From Takakia lepidozioides (Eukaryota; Plantae; Bryophyta): a stretch of 64,000 bases of DNA. The notes beneath the pieces were generated by a model that saw only the letters and a list, made by a program, of their open reading frames with translations, was not told the origin of the DNA and searched no databases. Positions 13,641 through 26,689 of the stretch are shown here, piece by piece (position 1 is the stretch's first letter; every line of letters starts with the position of its first letter). The DNA lies in the NCBI GenBank assembly GCA_030704615.1, contig CM060733.1, positions 67,146,001-67,210,000 on the forward strand, given 5' to 3'. A program made the position numbers and the translations under genes.

Positions 13641-14249
13641 AGGCTAGCAGATCGGGCTGAACGGGCTCTCTCGCATTGTTGATACTAGTTGGGTGGTGAA
13701 GTAAAGCAGGGACGTGGCCCTAATTGCAAGCGAACATAAGCACAATGTGAACGTGAAGTAGAAATTTAGCAACTGATCTTGTGAAGTAGGCATCATGAAC
13801 CGTTACAGAATGCATCTGAAAACGGAATTTTACAAAGAGTAACAGGTTTGCAGTCATGTAGAACGAAATAAAGCAAGTTTGTCAAGCACGATGGAGTCAT
13901 AGCTAGAAGATGAATTAACACAGCATGTAGTGGAGCAATTCAACTAAGCATATAGCTGCACAGACATCTTGGAGAATGTCAAAGCTTGAAGCACGTATGG
14001 TCATCTGAAGGTTGAACATAGGCTCTACTGACAAGCCGCCATGCCAATGGGAGAATGATGCTGGATGTGTACGGAAGTGAATGACTCACGGATCAAGGAC
14101 ACGACTTCACGCTCCAGGGATGATAATTCAAAGAAAGCAGATGACATGTTGAGAGAAGCAATAAGATTCATGTTTATGCCAGGCTTTCTCTTCCGCTGCA
14201 GTCTGGGATAAATGGAGTACTAACGGGATATGTGCCATGGGTATTAGGA

Positions 14250-15052
14250 CCTTTATTTTTACTTACAGGAGAGCCTCATGATGATCCTCAACAGGCCATG
14301 ATCTTGGGTTCCGTGAACAGAACCCTTAATCTACTAGGGATCTTCTTTAAAACTCATGTTCCTGCGGAGCAGTTAGCAGCCCTAAGCCTAAGAGCTCAAA
14401 CAAGAGTTTGAGGCTAGACTTCATCTGAGCGGGAAACCACAGTAGATGTTGAGACAAGTCTCAAACTACGGCAAGCCCTAGATGAGTCTAATGCTGCCCT
14501 GCAGCTTGAAAAAGAGAATCTAGTCAAGGCAGGCCTTGAGCAGGAACAGCTACAAGATACTCACAAACAACAACTCTATCAGTTGCAAGTCAAGCATGAG
14601 GAGGCTCTTGCATCACAACAAGTCATTAATGTTGGGTGGCAGCAACCAACTAGGAACATGTCATGCAATCTGCCACTCTGGTGGCTAAATTGGCACAAGA
14701 AGTCAAGAAGAAATCTGGGCTGTGTGCATGGGTAGAGGCACAAGCACTAGTACTAGAGCAGGAAGAACTCATTGCGGACATGAAGAATACTATTTGTCAC
14801 AAGGAGAGTACCATCCAGGAGCTGATTCACCACAATGAACAGAAGGACCAGCAACTTATACAGTTGCACCAAAAGGTCAAAGTGCGGGACAACGAACTCT
14901 CTGTAACTGAAAGAGCGTGGAAGGAAGCCAATAATATGATGGCTGCCTTTGCAGCCTTGAAGGACCATATCAGAGGAGGATAGAGAAGTTGGAATAGCAA
15001 AATGAAGCTTACAAGCTCAGAGAGGAGCAATCGCTCAGGACTTCCACACAAC
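14250..15052 (+). pseudogene. Coiled-coil ORF relic homologous to the LTR-element extra ORF at 59479-60060; cut by the MULE-like terminus at 15053
   Basis: Shares IADMKNTIC / IVDMKNTIC, WKEANN and HKQQLYQ with 59479-60072; frameshifted. Confidence 0.7.
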
Positions 15053-15515
15053 GGGGGCTGCTATTTCATGAGCCATGAGCCATGAGCGGCATGACCCATG
15101 AGCAGAGTCGTAAGTGTCGAAAAAAACATGAGCAGGACTATTTTCCGGAAATGAATGTCCGCGGGAATAGGGTTCAGGGTGTCACGGTCATAGGGGGAGA
15201 ATGACCTCCCGATGAAGGAGGTTCGGCAATGTTTTTTAGAATTACATATTGAAAGGCAATGTTTCGCGAATGGTAGGGTGGTACTGCTCTGTACAATGGG
15301 GGCCCATTTCAGCCTACCAGCCACTTGCAAAATCCACCCACACTCCCAATCCCAAACTAAATGAGGAATGATGCATTCTGGGAACGATGGATACATAATA
15401 GAACAAAAAGAGGGCACAATGAGGTTTTTATTGATCCACATGAATTGTATTTGAAGCACGTCTACTGTGCTGATTGTGCAAACAAATCTTTAGCCCTGTG
15501 CCTTCTGAATACAAG

Positions 15516-16250
15516 TCACTTTGTCAATGGGACTTTGACTGCTCTGAAAACTAGCTCATGAGTCATCGGGCTCCTCCAGGTAAACTGGATTGCAGCCGTT
15601 GTACTGCCCCTGTTGATGTTCACCACAATGTCGTGCCCTTCAATCATACCACCATCGAATATAGAAAGCTTCACGTTTTCATCATCCACACCGATGCGAA
15701 TGTCCCCATACAATGGAGAAGAGGAGCGCACTCCTTCAGGAGTATATGTCTCTCCGATGGAGTCCACCCACGTCCACTGGCAGTAGTTCCACCGCAACAG
15801 CATAGCAGTGCGCATTCTTCTGTATGGGTGCCCGTCGTAGCTGGGAAAATCGGATCAAGGATGCGCAGGAGCCACGGACTCCTCAGACCAAGATCGTCAC
15901 CCTGCTCGAAGGCGTAGTGGCCTGGGATATACTCAAAAGCGGACAATGTTTCCACATTTGAACCAGTATCTTCTGTGTAAACTGTGTACCAGATAACGAT
16001 GTCTCCCGATGTAGCCGAATACATTGCATAATCGAAGCCTCCATAAGGGCAGTCGTCCCGGTTCCGAAAGCACGACATCCTTGCAAAGGAGGACCTGAGG
16101 ATGTCTTTGATGCTGATGACAATGACCTTGCGGACAACAACGAAGCCCTTAGATTTTTGAAATGATGAGAAGCGGAAGAGCAGTGTGGGCTCCAATAATG
16201 GAGCATCTGGGTCCCACGTACCCACCAATCATCATGTAACGTGTTCAACA
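15516..16250 (-). pseudogene. TE cargo gene A2, unknown function (frameshifted)
   Basis: ORFs 15671-16228 and 15516-15815 together reproduce the A2 protein of 53824-54560. Confidence 0.7.
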
Positions 16251-16599
16251 CGCCAACGGTGGATGAACCGATACCTCTTTCTCATCCACGGGGTATAGTT
16301 TGAAATCTGCCACCGGAGTCCATCCCCCGGATGGAAATTCGGCGCCGCATTTACATTGAAGGGGGGATGGACTTCGATGTCTCGAGTGGCTATAGGCCCA
16401 CCTGGCACTTACTGCCCATAGTTTGCATGGCACGGAAGGAAACTGAAATGGCTACATTCATGGAGCAGCCAATCTTCATCCGTGCAGGTTCCTGTAGGGG
16501 GGAAATTTAAATGTGCCCTGGAGTGTTAGTAAGGAATTGCAGCGTTTGCTTCAACTTCTTCCAGCCACCGCGCTGCTGCCTCCTCCATCCAGGAGCTGC

Positions 16600-17213
16600 T
16601 GTCATTGAGCGTACTCCGGTAATCTTTTGCAAGGATGTCGTGCCACCGCAATCCTGCTGACTGCCCATATCATGGCCACGATTATGCTATGTTCAAACCA
16701 GAATCAGGAGACATCATTGTCTGGCTCTCTATTTTCACAGACGCTTCTGGAATCAAGCGGTAGTCTTTGCACGCAATGGAGTATTTGGAGGGCTATTACC
16801 GCTTTCAGCAAGGTGAGGGCGAGGGTCAATGCGGTCCGTGGGTCCTGAAAATTGTTGACCTCGATATACCAAGCTGGAATGGGATGCCGGACAGATCACG
16901 CACGGCCTCACTTTGGCGTTGGAACTGCTGCCAGTGGACCAGGGAGGACGGCACCGTGGAAAACTATATTCGTGGAGTTCAATCCGCTCTTCCACTGTAT
17001 GGAGACATTTGGCTGAGTTGCGAAGACGAATCGCACGGGCACATGAGGCCCACAGTCAGCTTGTCAATGTATGATGGTGGTATCATTGATGGGCATGACA
17101 TTGTCGTTAGCTCCACCAAGGGCAACAGAACGACCGCATTGCAGTTTACCTGGAGGTGCCGGTTCAGTAATGAGCTTGTTATGAGGGCTAGCGAAGTTCC
17201 GTCGACTTGGTGA
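16600..17213 (+). pseudogene. TE cargo gene A1, unknown function (internal stops)
   Basis: ORF 16767-17213 and upstream codons match the A1 protein of 52862-53470. Confidence 0.7.
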
Positions 17214-17512
17214 CGCCCATGTAGAAGGCGGAAGGGCTTAGATTTGTCTGGAGTTGCTAAATGTGAGATACCGTGTTCGATCAATAAAACAACCCATCGT
17301 ACCTCACTTCTGTGTGTTGTGTTTCATTGCATTCAAGAAATGCTGTAATTGGCCCACTGTTTACAATTTGTGGTCTCATTTGTACAATGTGTCTGTCCAC
17401 ATGAATATACCAGAGTCAACGATATCAGAGTCCTGAGGTGAAGGAAATCCATGTATGAGTAAAAGGAAACATGTACATGCTCAAGTCCGTCATCAAAATT
17501 TCGTATTGGACA

Positions 17513-17997
17513 ATGGAATGCGGTGCCGCATTTCCGTCCAAGGGTCTGGAATGGACAAACAACGATGTCCGTTCTGGAAATGCGGCGCCGCATTTCCATG
17601 TACGTCATCAAAATTTCTTATTGGACAATGGAATGCGGTGCCGCATTCCCATCCAGCATCATGGAATGCAGAGCTGCATTTCCGTCGATGGGTCTGGAGT
17701 TGGAAAAACGTCCATCTCCAAAATGGAAATGCGGCACCGCATTTCCATTTCCGCCATGTAAATAACATGTTCGACCTCCGCATGCAGGGTGGCATTTCCA
17801 TTTCCCTAATACTGTCGTGTCCAAAACGGAAATGCGGCACCGCATTTCCGTCGGCCGAACAGTTTCTGATGTCCAAACCAGGAGACGGAAAATTGTTCTT
17901 GCCCCGGTTTTGGAAATGCGGTGCCGCATTTCCAAACGAGGTTTTTGCAGTTCCCACATTTCCGTTCCGACATGGAAATGCGGTGCCGCATTTCCAA
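17513..17997. repeat. Array of palindromes GGAAATGCGGYRCCGCATTTCC (about 10 copies)
   Basis: Directly visible, e.g. GGAAATGCGGCGCCGCATTTCC at 17576-17597; spacing about 40-60 bp. Confidence 0.9.
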
Positions 17998-18430
17998 TTT
18001 TGGGAGGGACGTGGTTTGGACGATGATGTCGTTGAGAAGCACATGGGAGAGGGGACATGAAGGACGGTGAGAATTTCCTTTATATACTCTGGAAGAGAAT
18101 TTAAATGTACAGAGAGTTAATTAAAATTCTACCAATCTTGAAAATTATCACTATCGTCGTCCTGTCCTTGACTGTCCTGCTCCCCTTCCACCCCGTCATT
18201 GCCTTTCTCATGTCCAGCGGACTGCTCGTTGGCCAGGCTTTCAAAAATCCCATCTTCCCCTTGCGGAACCGACCATCTCACCTCCGTTGGGTCGTTGTCG
18301 TCCCTGTCTGCATCGCTCTCTTCCGCTGAATCACATATGAACTTTCGCACCCGTCTACCTGTCTCAGCTGCTACCAACGGGGGGTGCTATTCCGTGAGCC
18401 TGGAGGCGTGAGCCCAGCACAGGCTCACGC

Positions 18431-21400
18431 CAGTGAAGGGTTCATTTCATCCTCAGATAGCTGCCCCTGAATTCCAAATTTTGCACCCTAAAACATTGAA
18501 ATGTTCAGCTCAAACAGTGTGCGTTGCCGCACACTGTTTGGGCTGACAGTGAAGGGTTCATTTCATCCTCAGATAGGTGCCCCTGAAGTCCAAATTTTGC
18601 ACCCTGAAACATTGAAATGTTCAGCTCAAACAGTGTGCGTTGCCGCACACTGTTTGAGCTGGCAGTGAAGGGTTCATTTCACCCTCAGATAACTGACTGC
18701 AAGACCAAATTTTGCACCCTAAAACATTGAAAAGATCTGCTCAAACAGAGTGCGTTGCCGCACACTATTTGAGCTGGCAGTGCAGGGTTCATTTCATCCT
18801 CAGATAGGTGCCCCTAAAGTCCAAATTTTGCACCCTCAAACATTGAAACGTTCAGCTCAAACAGTGTGCGGCAACGCACACTGTTTGAGCTGGCAGTGAA
18901 GGGTTCATTTCATCCTCAGATAGGTGCCCCTGAAGTCCAAATTTTGCACCCTAAAACATTGAAATGTTCAGCTCAAACAGTGTGCGTTGCCGCACACTGT
19001 TTGGGCTGACAGTGAAGGGTTCATTTCATCCTCAGATAGGTGCCCCTGAAGTCCAAATTTTGCACCCTAAAACATTGAAATGTTGAGCTCAAACAGTGTG
19101 CGTTGCCGCACCCTGTTTGAGCTGGCAGTGCAGGGTTCATTTCATCCTCAGAAATGTGCCCCTGAAGTCCAAATTTTGCACCCTAAAACATTGAAATGTT
19201 CAGCTCAAACAGTGTGCCTTGCCGCACACTGTTTGAGCTGGAAGTGAAGGGTTCATTTCACCCTCAGATAACTGACTGCAAGACCAAATTTTGCACCCTA
19301 AAACATTGAAAAGATCAGCTCGAACAGTGTGCGTTGCCGCACACTGTTTGAGCTCGCAGTGCAGGGTTCATTTCATCCTCAGATAGGTGCCCCTGAAGTC
19401 CAAATTTTGCACCCTCAAACATTGAAATGTTCAGCTCAAACAGTGTGCGTTGCCGCACATTGTTTGGTCTGACAGTGAAGGGTTCATTTCATCCTCAGAT
19501 AGGTGCCTCTGAAGTCCAAATTTTGCACCCTGAAACATTGAAATGTTCAGCTCAAACAGTGTGCGTTGCCGCACCCTGTTTGAGCTGGCAGTGCAGGGTT
19601 CATTTCATCCTCAGAAAGGTGCCCCTGAAGTCCAAATTTTGCACCCTGAAACATTGAAATGTTCAGCTCAAACAGTGTGCGTTGCCGCACACTGTTTGGG
19701 CTGACAGTGAAGGGTTCATTTCATCCTCAGATAGGTGCCCCTGAAGTCCAAATTTTGCACCCTCAAACATTGAAACGTTCAGCTCAAACAGTGTGCGGCA
19801 ACGCACACTGTTTGAGCTGGCAGTGAAGGGTTCATTTCATCCTCAGATAGGTGCCCCTGAAGTCCAAATTTTGCACCCTAAAACATTGAAATGTTCAGCT
19901 CAAACAGTGTGCGTTGCCGCACACTGTTTGGGCTGACAGTGAAGGGTTCATTTCATCCTCAGATAGGTGCCCCTGAAGTCCAAATTTTGCACCCTAAAAC
20001 ATTGAAATGTTCAGCTCAAACAGTGTGCGTTGCCGCACCCTGTTTGAGCTGGCAGTGCAGGGTTCATTTCATCCTCAGAAATGTGCCCCTGAAGTCCAAA
20101 TTTTGCACCCTAAAACATTGAAATGATCAGCTCAAACAGTGTGCCTTGCCGCACACTGTTTGAGCTGGAAGTGAAGGGTTCATTTCACCCTCAGATAACT
20201 GACTGCAAGACCAAATTTTGCACCCTAAAACATTGAAAAGATCTGCTCAAACAGTGTGCGTTGTCGCACACTGTTTGAGCTCGCAGTGCAGGGTTCATTT
20301 CATCCTCAGATAGGTGCCCCTGAAGTCCAAATTTTGCACCCTAAAACATTGAAATGTTCAGGTCAAACAGTGTGCGTTGCCGCACATTGTTTGGGCTGAC
20401 AGTGAAGGGTTCATTTCATCCTCAGATAGGTGCCCCTGAAGTCCAAATTTTGCACCCTCAAACATTGAAACGTTCAGCTCAAACAGTGTGCGGCAACGCA
20501 CACTGTTTGAGCTGGCAGTGAAGGGTTCATTTCATCCTCAGATAGGTGCCCCTGAAGTCCAAATTTTGCACCCTAAAACATTGAAATGTTCAGCTCAAAC
20601 AGTGTGCGTTGCCGCACCCTGTTTGAGCTGGCAGTGCAGGGTTCATTTCATTCTCAGAAAGGTGCCCCTGAAGTCCAGATTTTGCACCCTAAAACATTGA
20701 AATGTTCAGCTCAAACAGTGTGCGTTGCCGCACACTGTTTGGGCTGACAGTGAAGGGTTCATTTCATCCTCAGATAGGTGCCCCTGAAGTCCAAATTTTG
20801 CACCCTAAAACATTGAAATGTTCAGCTCAAACAGTGTGCGTTTCCGCACCCTGTTTGAGCTGGCAGTGCAGGGTTCATTTCATCCTCAGAAATGTGCCCC
20901 TGAAGTCCAAATTTTGCACTCTAAAACATTGAAATGTTCAGCTCAAACAGTGTGCCTTGCCGCACACTGTTTGAGCTGAAAGTGAAGGGTTCATTTCACC
21001 CTTAGATAACTGACTGCAAGACCAAATTTGGCACCCTAAAACATTGAAAAAATCTGCTCAAACAGTGTGCCTTGCCGCACACTGTTTGAGCTGGGAGTGC
21101 AGGGTTCATTTCATCCTCAGAAAGGTGCCCCTGAAGTTTAAATTTTGCACCCTAAAACATTGAAACGTTCAGCTCAAACAGTGTGCGGCAACGCACACTG
21201 TTTGAGCTGGCAGTGAAGGGTTCATTTCATCCTCAGATAGGTGCCCCTGAAGTCCAAATTTTGCACCCTCAAACATTGAAATGTTCAGCTCAAACAGTGT
21301 GCGTTGCCGCACACTGTTTGAGCTGGCAGTGAAGGGTTCATTTCACCCTCAGATAACTGACTGCAAGACAAAATTTTGCACCCTAAAACATTGAAAAGAT

Positions 21401-21615
21401 CTGCTCAAACAGTGCAGGGTTCATTTCATCCTCAGAAAGGTGCCCATGAAGTCCAAATTTTGCACCCTAAAACATTGAAATGTTCAGCTCAAACAGTGTG
21501 CGTTGCCGCACACTGTTTGGGCTGACAGTGAAGGGTTTATTTCATCCTCAGATAGGTGCCCCTGAAGTCCAGATTTTGCACCCTCAAACATTGAAACGTT
21601 CAGCTCAAACAGTGC
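18431..21615. repeat. 116-bp tandem satellite, about 27 units, each with an 18-bp-stem palindrome
   Basis: Unit starts at 18431, 18547, ...; contains CAGCTCAAACAGTGTGCG-TTGC-CGCACACTGTTTGAGCTG. Confidence 0.97.
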
Positions 21616-22209
21616 AAGCACGACATTATGACTTGCGTGTATGGAAAGCCCAAGTACGGCATACAAACAATGCCAGAGGCTCCCCCGGTGTGGCCGGTGG
21701 AACCAGGCTGCGATCTGAGTCAGGTTGAGGCCGACGCCCTTACTGCCGCAAGATTTTGGATGGTGCAGCGCACTGACATCCCCAGACAACCATTTCCGCT
21801 TCCACAGCCTCCACCACCGACCCCTGTAAGAGCAAGAACAATGTGACGCGACAGCTCTAAGCATCCTACACACCGTTGGGGGAAACCGAAGAGGCGGCGA
21901 CCTCCCTCAAAAGTGAACGAGACAAGGATGGGGAATACACTTCGGATGAACTGTACAATCCAGAGCTTGACAGAAGTGCCCCCACCAGGCTTTGGGCGTG
22001 TGCATCAGATGGCCACGGCAGGCTCAGCTGTTCGCAATGAGGTGTACACCATCACCATTTCAGAATTACCCACCTGCAACTGTACCGACTTCCAGATCAT
22101 GGCGAACAAGGGGGCATCATACTGCCCTTGCAAGCATCTGTACTACGTGTACCTAAAGAGACTCCGGTGTATTCCACAACTCATCACTTCATACATGCAC
22201 CAGGGTTGA
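21616..22209 (+). pseudogene. 3' end of a MULE-like transposase gene with SWIM zinc finger
   Basis: YTITISELPTCNCTDF...YCPCKHLYYV is a SWIM CxC...CxH motif; one in-frame stop at ~21844; lies just inside a terminal repeat. Confidence 0.8.
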
Positions 22210-22682
22210 GCCCCCAAGAGGTGCACACTCTTCTGAATATGGATCCAGGGGACCAGTGAGCTTGGCTTGCGGTCCCAACACAATGGTACGCCCATCCTTT
22301 TCGGATAGTAGAACTGTGCTGCTGCAAGTAGCTCTGACTCTGGCCACAAAAGGTCCGACTTATGTCTTGCCTACCAGTAACCTGTTTTGCTCGAACTAAG
22401 ATAATACTATGTCATTCACTTGTGTTTCCACATGCATGTATTTTTGTGTGTTGGAGGGTTCCTGTTTTTCTGCTCCCCCAAACTTTGCTTTCCTCATTCG
22501 ACCCCCGGCAAGGAAATGCGGCGCCGCATTTCCAAGTAACGTCGTAGGTACACATTGCATTAAATTAATGTTTTATAATGTTTTTTATTTTCAAAATTTG
22601 TACTTCTGCTCATGAAAACCGATTGGCTTGCTACTCCGCTCATGCCGCTCATGCCGCTCATGCTCATGAAATAGCTAACCTC

Positions 22683-23211
22683 AAGACATGCATCATGCAA
22701 GGCCCCTTGGGTAGGTAAGAATAGCCTGCCATACTACAGATTCAAGACATGTATACACAAGCAACTTGATGGACCAGCCTACAGTTTATTAGATTCCAAA
22801 CATGCAACCAAGTAACCCTCTTGGGCATGACAAGACAGACTGCAACTTCATCCTATACCATGTATAATTGCCCCAAGACATGCATCATGTAAGGCATCTT
22901 GGCATGGAAGAAAGGCCTGCCATATTACAGATTCAAGATATGGACACACAAACACTTTGAGAGCCCGAGACCAAGCCCACTTGGCTAAAAAATAAATCAT
23001 ACATTGCAGGTGCCTGGTCTGATGGCAAAATAAGGCTGATAATCTCTGGCAAAGGTCCAGTAGAGCTTACCAACACTCTTTTCCAGGAGGCTTATGCTAG
23101 GCTTTGCAAATAAACCTCACTATGCTCCATTCCACACCAGATCCAGGCCTGAAAGAGGCCTGTCATTGCCTTATCAGGCTGCCATCTTTAAAAAAACAGG
23201 GCCTCTTCTTC
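22683..23211 (+). repeat. ~192-bp tandem repeat family C plus downstream sequence (copy of 63471-64000)
   Basis: AAGACATGCATCATG recurs with 192-bp period; near-identical to 63471-64000. Confidence 0.85.
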
Positions 23212-24917
23212 CTTAGAACCTAACGGCCATTGAGGCCTTACCCATAAACCATAACTCCTCTTTAAGGCCAAAACAATACCTAGCTTAATAATCCACAGGC
23301 ACCGCTGTCAAAGATTCAAGACAAGGTAAGGTCCAGATGTTGGGCTTCAAGAGACAGGCCTGCCAGGCCGAAATGCTCCATCAAAGGCAGCAAAACAAAA
23401 GTCAAAAGTAAGCATCAACATGCCAAACCAGGAGCAAGCGGGCCGAAATTGGGGCTACAGGCAGCAACCAAGTCAAGACGCCATACACAATAGGTTCCCT
23501 TTGCCCACATCCGTATCTGCAACCTCAAGAGAATTCAAAGCAAGTAGGGATCCTCACCTGGTCCCATCACAAGCCCCCACAAAAACCAACAGGTTAGTGA
23601 GGATTGTGGAACCCCGGGTGAATCACAGACCCCTACACTTGTCATCGATGTCAACTATGAACCTCAAAAGCAAGAGAGAAAGACATAAAACAAAAGGAAC
23701 CCTAATCACCAAAAGCACCTTGAGCGATTGGGGAAGATAACTGTGCGCCATCACCACCAGCAAGCCACCTCTAGCAAAGCAAAGGAGAAGTGAAGCATAC
23801 AAGCACACTTGCTAGGTTTAAGAAGGGGAGAGAGAGATACTTCCCAACACAAGCGCTGCTGCAAAAATTAAAAGCCAGAGGAGGGAAAGAGACGATGCAT
23901 TCACAGCATTGTCTCCCGCCTGTAGGAAAAACAAAGCGCTGTCATTGCGCATCCCCAGGATATCGCCCAGCACGGGTACGATGTAGCAAACAAGGTAGCA
24001 GCAAAACGCAGACGCCATAACGCTCTCCCCGCGAGCTCAGAAGCACTGCTCGTGCTTCTTACAGCGGGAGAGACATCCTAGGGCGCTTGCCCGATTTTTC
24101 ATCTGTGCAGGATGAGCAATCAACACCACATCCTTTAAAACGAGGTTTACCATTTCATGAGCAGAAACCATGAGCCATGAGCCATGAGCCGCATGAGCGG
24201 TGAGCCGAAGTCTAAGACACACGGATTTCATGAGCGGACTCCTCCAAATTTGGAAATGCGGCAGATTAAACAAGTTTTAAAATAATAGTTTTTATTTTAC
24301 CTTGCCGTTTTTGGAAGTTCCAGATCCTGTAATGCGGCGAAGATATGTTGTCAGTAACAAGTCCGCTCATGGTTTTTTAGATCCGCTCATGGAAATGAGT
24401 GACCGTGCAACGAGAAATCCAGTATACCACGGCAAAAGGACGTCGCATACTGGCCTGTATAGAGTATTCCGCGGTTTTACATGCCTTAACATTGGAATGA
24501 AGCTGACCCTTTTGCCGCGATTGAACCAATAGAGTCTGCACCAATAGAGTCTGCACTACTTCACAATTCTGTCATCTTCGGGTATTCGGCGGGAAAGGTT
24601 TGCGACTCAACTGGGAAATGCGGTGCCATATTAGGGTTCGCACGTGCGAAATTTCTAGGCGGTTTGGTGTTGGCGGAGGCCGCATCTACCAGTACAAAAA
24701 CAAATATATTATTCGGCACCTTGAAGGGAAAATTGTAGTTTTGAGAGTTGTGCTCATCATATTTCGTCTTCCGCTCATGCCAATTCCCAGCGACATGTGC
24801 AAAAATGGCGCCGAATTTTGCGGTAATAGGGTCCGTAACCGGAAAAAACCGCGACGTATTTCGCGGTAATAGGTCTCTCTGGCGAAAAATGGTGCCGAAT
24901 TCCGCGGCTATAGGTCC

Positions 24918-26231
24918 CCTCATGACCAGTTCGACGCCGCTGCCAGGTCCACACGTCAACATTTTGAATACGAAACAACGATCTGCCTCAGTCCCTTGTC
25001 CTGGAAACCGACTTCCATGAATGTAGTCATATCCACATCGTCGCTTCACCTCCAGAATGGAGTGCATATCCGAGCCACGCCCAATTTTCTGTTTGCATGA
25101 CACAATGTGGTTTCGGACATTCGGTGAACAGACGTGGGACACCGACTCCAGCAATGCCTCCATTTCCTTGTCATCGAGAGGAACTCTGTCGGAGCCGTCT
25201 TCCGACATAATTCTGGCCAACGCCATCTTATGGGCGGCTTGGAGCTGTATCTGTTTGGGTTTGGCACCCGGTCTCAACTTAACCTCCTCCTGAACGAGCT
25301 GCTCTGCCTCGTGGGCAGCCTCCCGCGAGTTCCCCCTCGCCAATTTGTGACAATGGGAACCAACGTGTATGCAAGCTCAGGTGAGGTCAGGGAAACGGTG
25401 CAACACATAGAACTGCTTGGCATTACAAACAGACATGCAGTGTGGTGGTTCTTTGCAATGCGCACACTTAAATGTGGAGTTCGGAACCTTCTCCTGAGCT
25501 CGAAATGGTTGATGAGTTGTGCCTGTCCAATCGGTCTCGTTCCTGTGACCTCTGGATTTAAAGTGGAAGCAAGTTGGGGAGAAACACCGCAACGCGCCCG
25601 CACAAACAACGTAGCGCACCCGCACACCATCGAGCATCTTCATGCTGGTGGTTTTGGTAACGCACCAAGGATGACCGTCATGTTTTCTATCCATATCTGT
25701 CAACATTCCGGACGCCCTCGAGTAGTCCGCCCGAGGAGGGAACTCAAAGAAGATATTACCGTCGACGTCTGCGGGAAGGCATGTAACCGATTTAATTGCG
25801 AACTTGCTGTAGTCCAGCCCGGCCAGCTCCGAGCGGTGTCCCTCTATGTGAAGCCCTCGCAGAATTTCAAGAATAGATCGAACTGCGGTGCTCGTGCTGG
25901 GAATATGACTCCCTTGTCCACTGACGTCCATTGAGGACTTGCCCGATCTCCAGGACGATCTCGGAACTTCCATGACCTTGTCTGAGTTGGACAAGTTGTG
26001 AACAACCCGGTTCTCGCTCGTCTTCATTGATGGGTTCGGCTCTGGATTTACTTCGTTGCGGACTTCTCTCTTTGAGGTACCCACTCTCTGATTCGCGGAT
26101 TGTTTCGTTGAAGATGCCAGGAGAGAAGGTGCATTTGGCGGGCAAATGAAGTCCCCAACAGCCCTGTATATGACGTTGTCCGATGGTGGAACTCGCCATT
26201 TCCTGCCATCGCCGAAATCATCGTGGAGCAT
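24918..26231 (-). pseudogene. 5' half of a MULE-like transposase with GCM/WRKY-like zinc-binding region
   Basis: One frame with a single TGA (probably from CGA) at 25377-25379: LPADVDG...DGHPW..TT...RYVVCAGALRCFSPTC...CAHCKEPPHCMSVCNA...(R)ACIHVGSHCH...RFPGQG...FVFKM..GPGSGVELV. Truncated before the expected DDE core; points toward the GAGG-type terminus, like the SWIM fragment. Confidence 0.7.
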
Positions 26232-26689
26232 AACAATACTCTCGACAACAACGCCGTTTGAGTCCTTCCTTTTCCTCCTCCAAAAAAACCGACCCCGGTT
26301 TCAGGTGGTATCAAACGCACAGATATTTCTCCATCAACCGGCAAATGTCCCCTCTGCACGGAAATGAAGCTCTATGCTCGTGAGGAGGGCAGTACACTGT
26401 AGCACTCGGGTTTTCCGCCATGGGAGATGTGCACACAAGACTGCCAGGATGGCGTGCGGGCAAGCTCCCTGGTAGAAGGGGGATGCAACGATGGGAAGGA
26501 ATGCGGTGCCGATTTGTCCGAGCGACGAAGCCTGATCCAAATCCAGGGAGCCAACTATCTCAAAAATCCACTGTCAGAGTGTTAATGAACCTTGTCTCCG
26601 GAATGCGGCCCATGGTCTTTGCGCAATAACTGCCAATGGTATGCAGTCAGAAAGTGGGGGGCCATCCGGATGATGTCGGCTGAAGGGGA

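Larger units (their letters stand above)
15053..18378 (-). mobile_element. Inverted partial copy of the large MULE-like element (terminus, A2, A1, palindrome array, last exon of the MTase gene)
   Basis: Starts GGGGGCTGCTATTTCATGAGC at 15053; reverse complement is colinear with ~50985-55002. Confidence 0.9.
18379..22682 (+). mobile_element. Non-autonomous or chimeric member of the MULE-like family: GGGGG-type end, 116-bp satellite, SWIM transposase 3' end, GAGG-type end
   Basis: Begins GGGGGGTGCTATTCCGTGAGC exactly where homology to 61561ff stops; ends GCTCATGAAATAGCTAACCTC (22662-22682) after GCTCATG repeats. Confidence 0.75.

Noticed and set aside
17455-18060. Many overlapping 100-260 aa ORFs in the palindrome arrays (also 26574-28957, 51320-52741, 60143-61261)
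   Set aside because: Artefacts of stop-poor palindromic repeats; they yield the same peptides (KCGAAF, EMRRRIS, GNAAPHF) on both strands.
19427-21728. Repeated short ORFs in the 116-bp satellite
   Set aside because: Translations of the tandem repeat with no sign of coding function.
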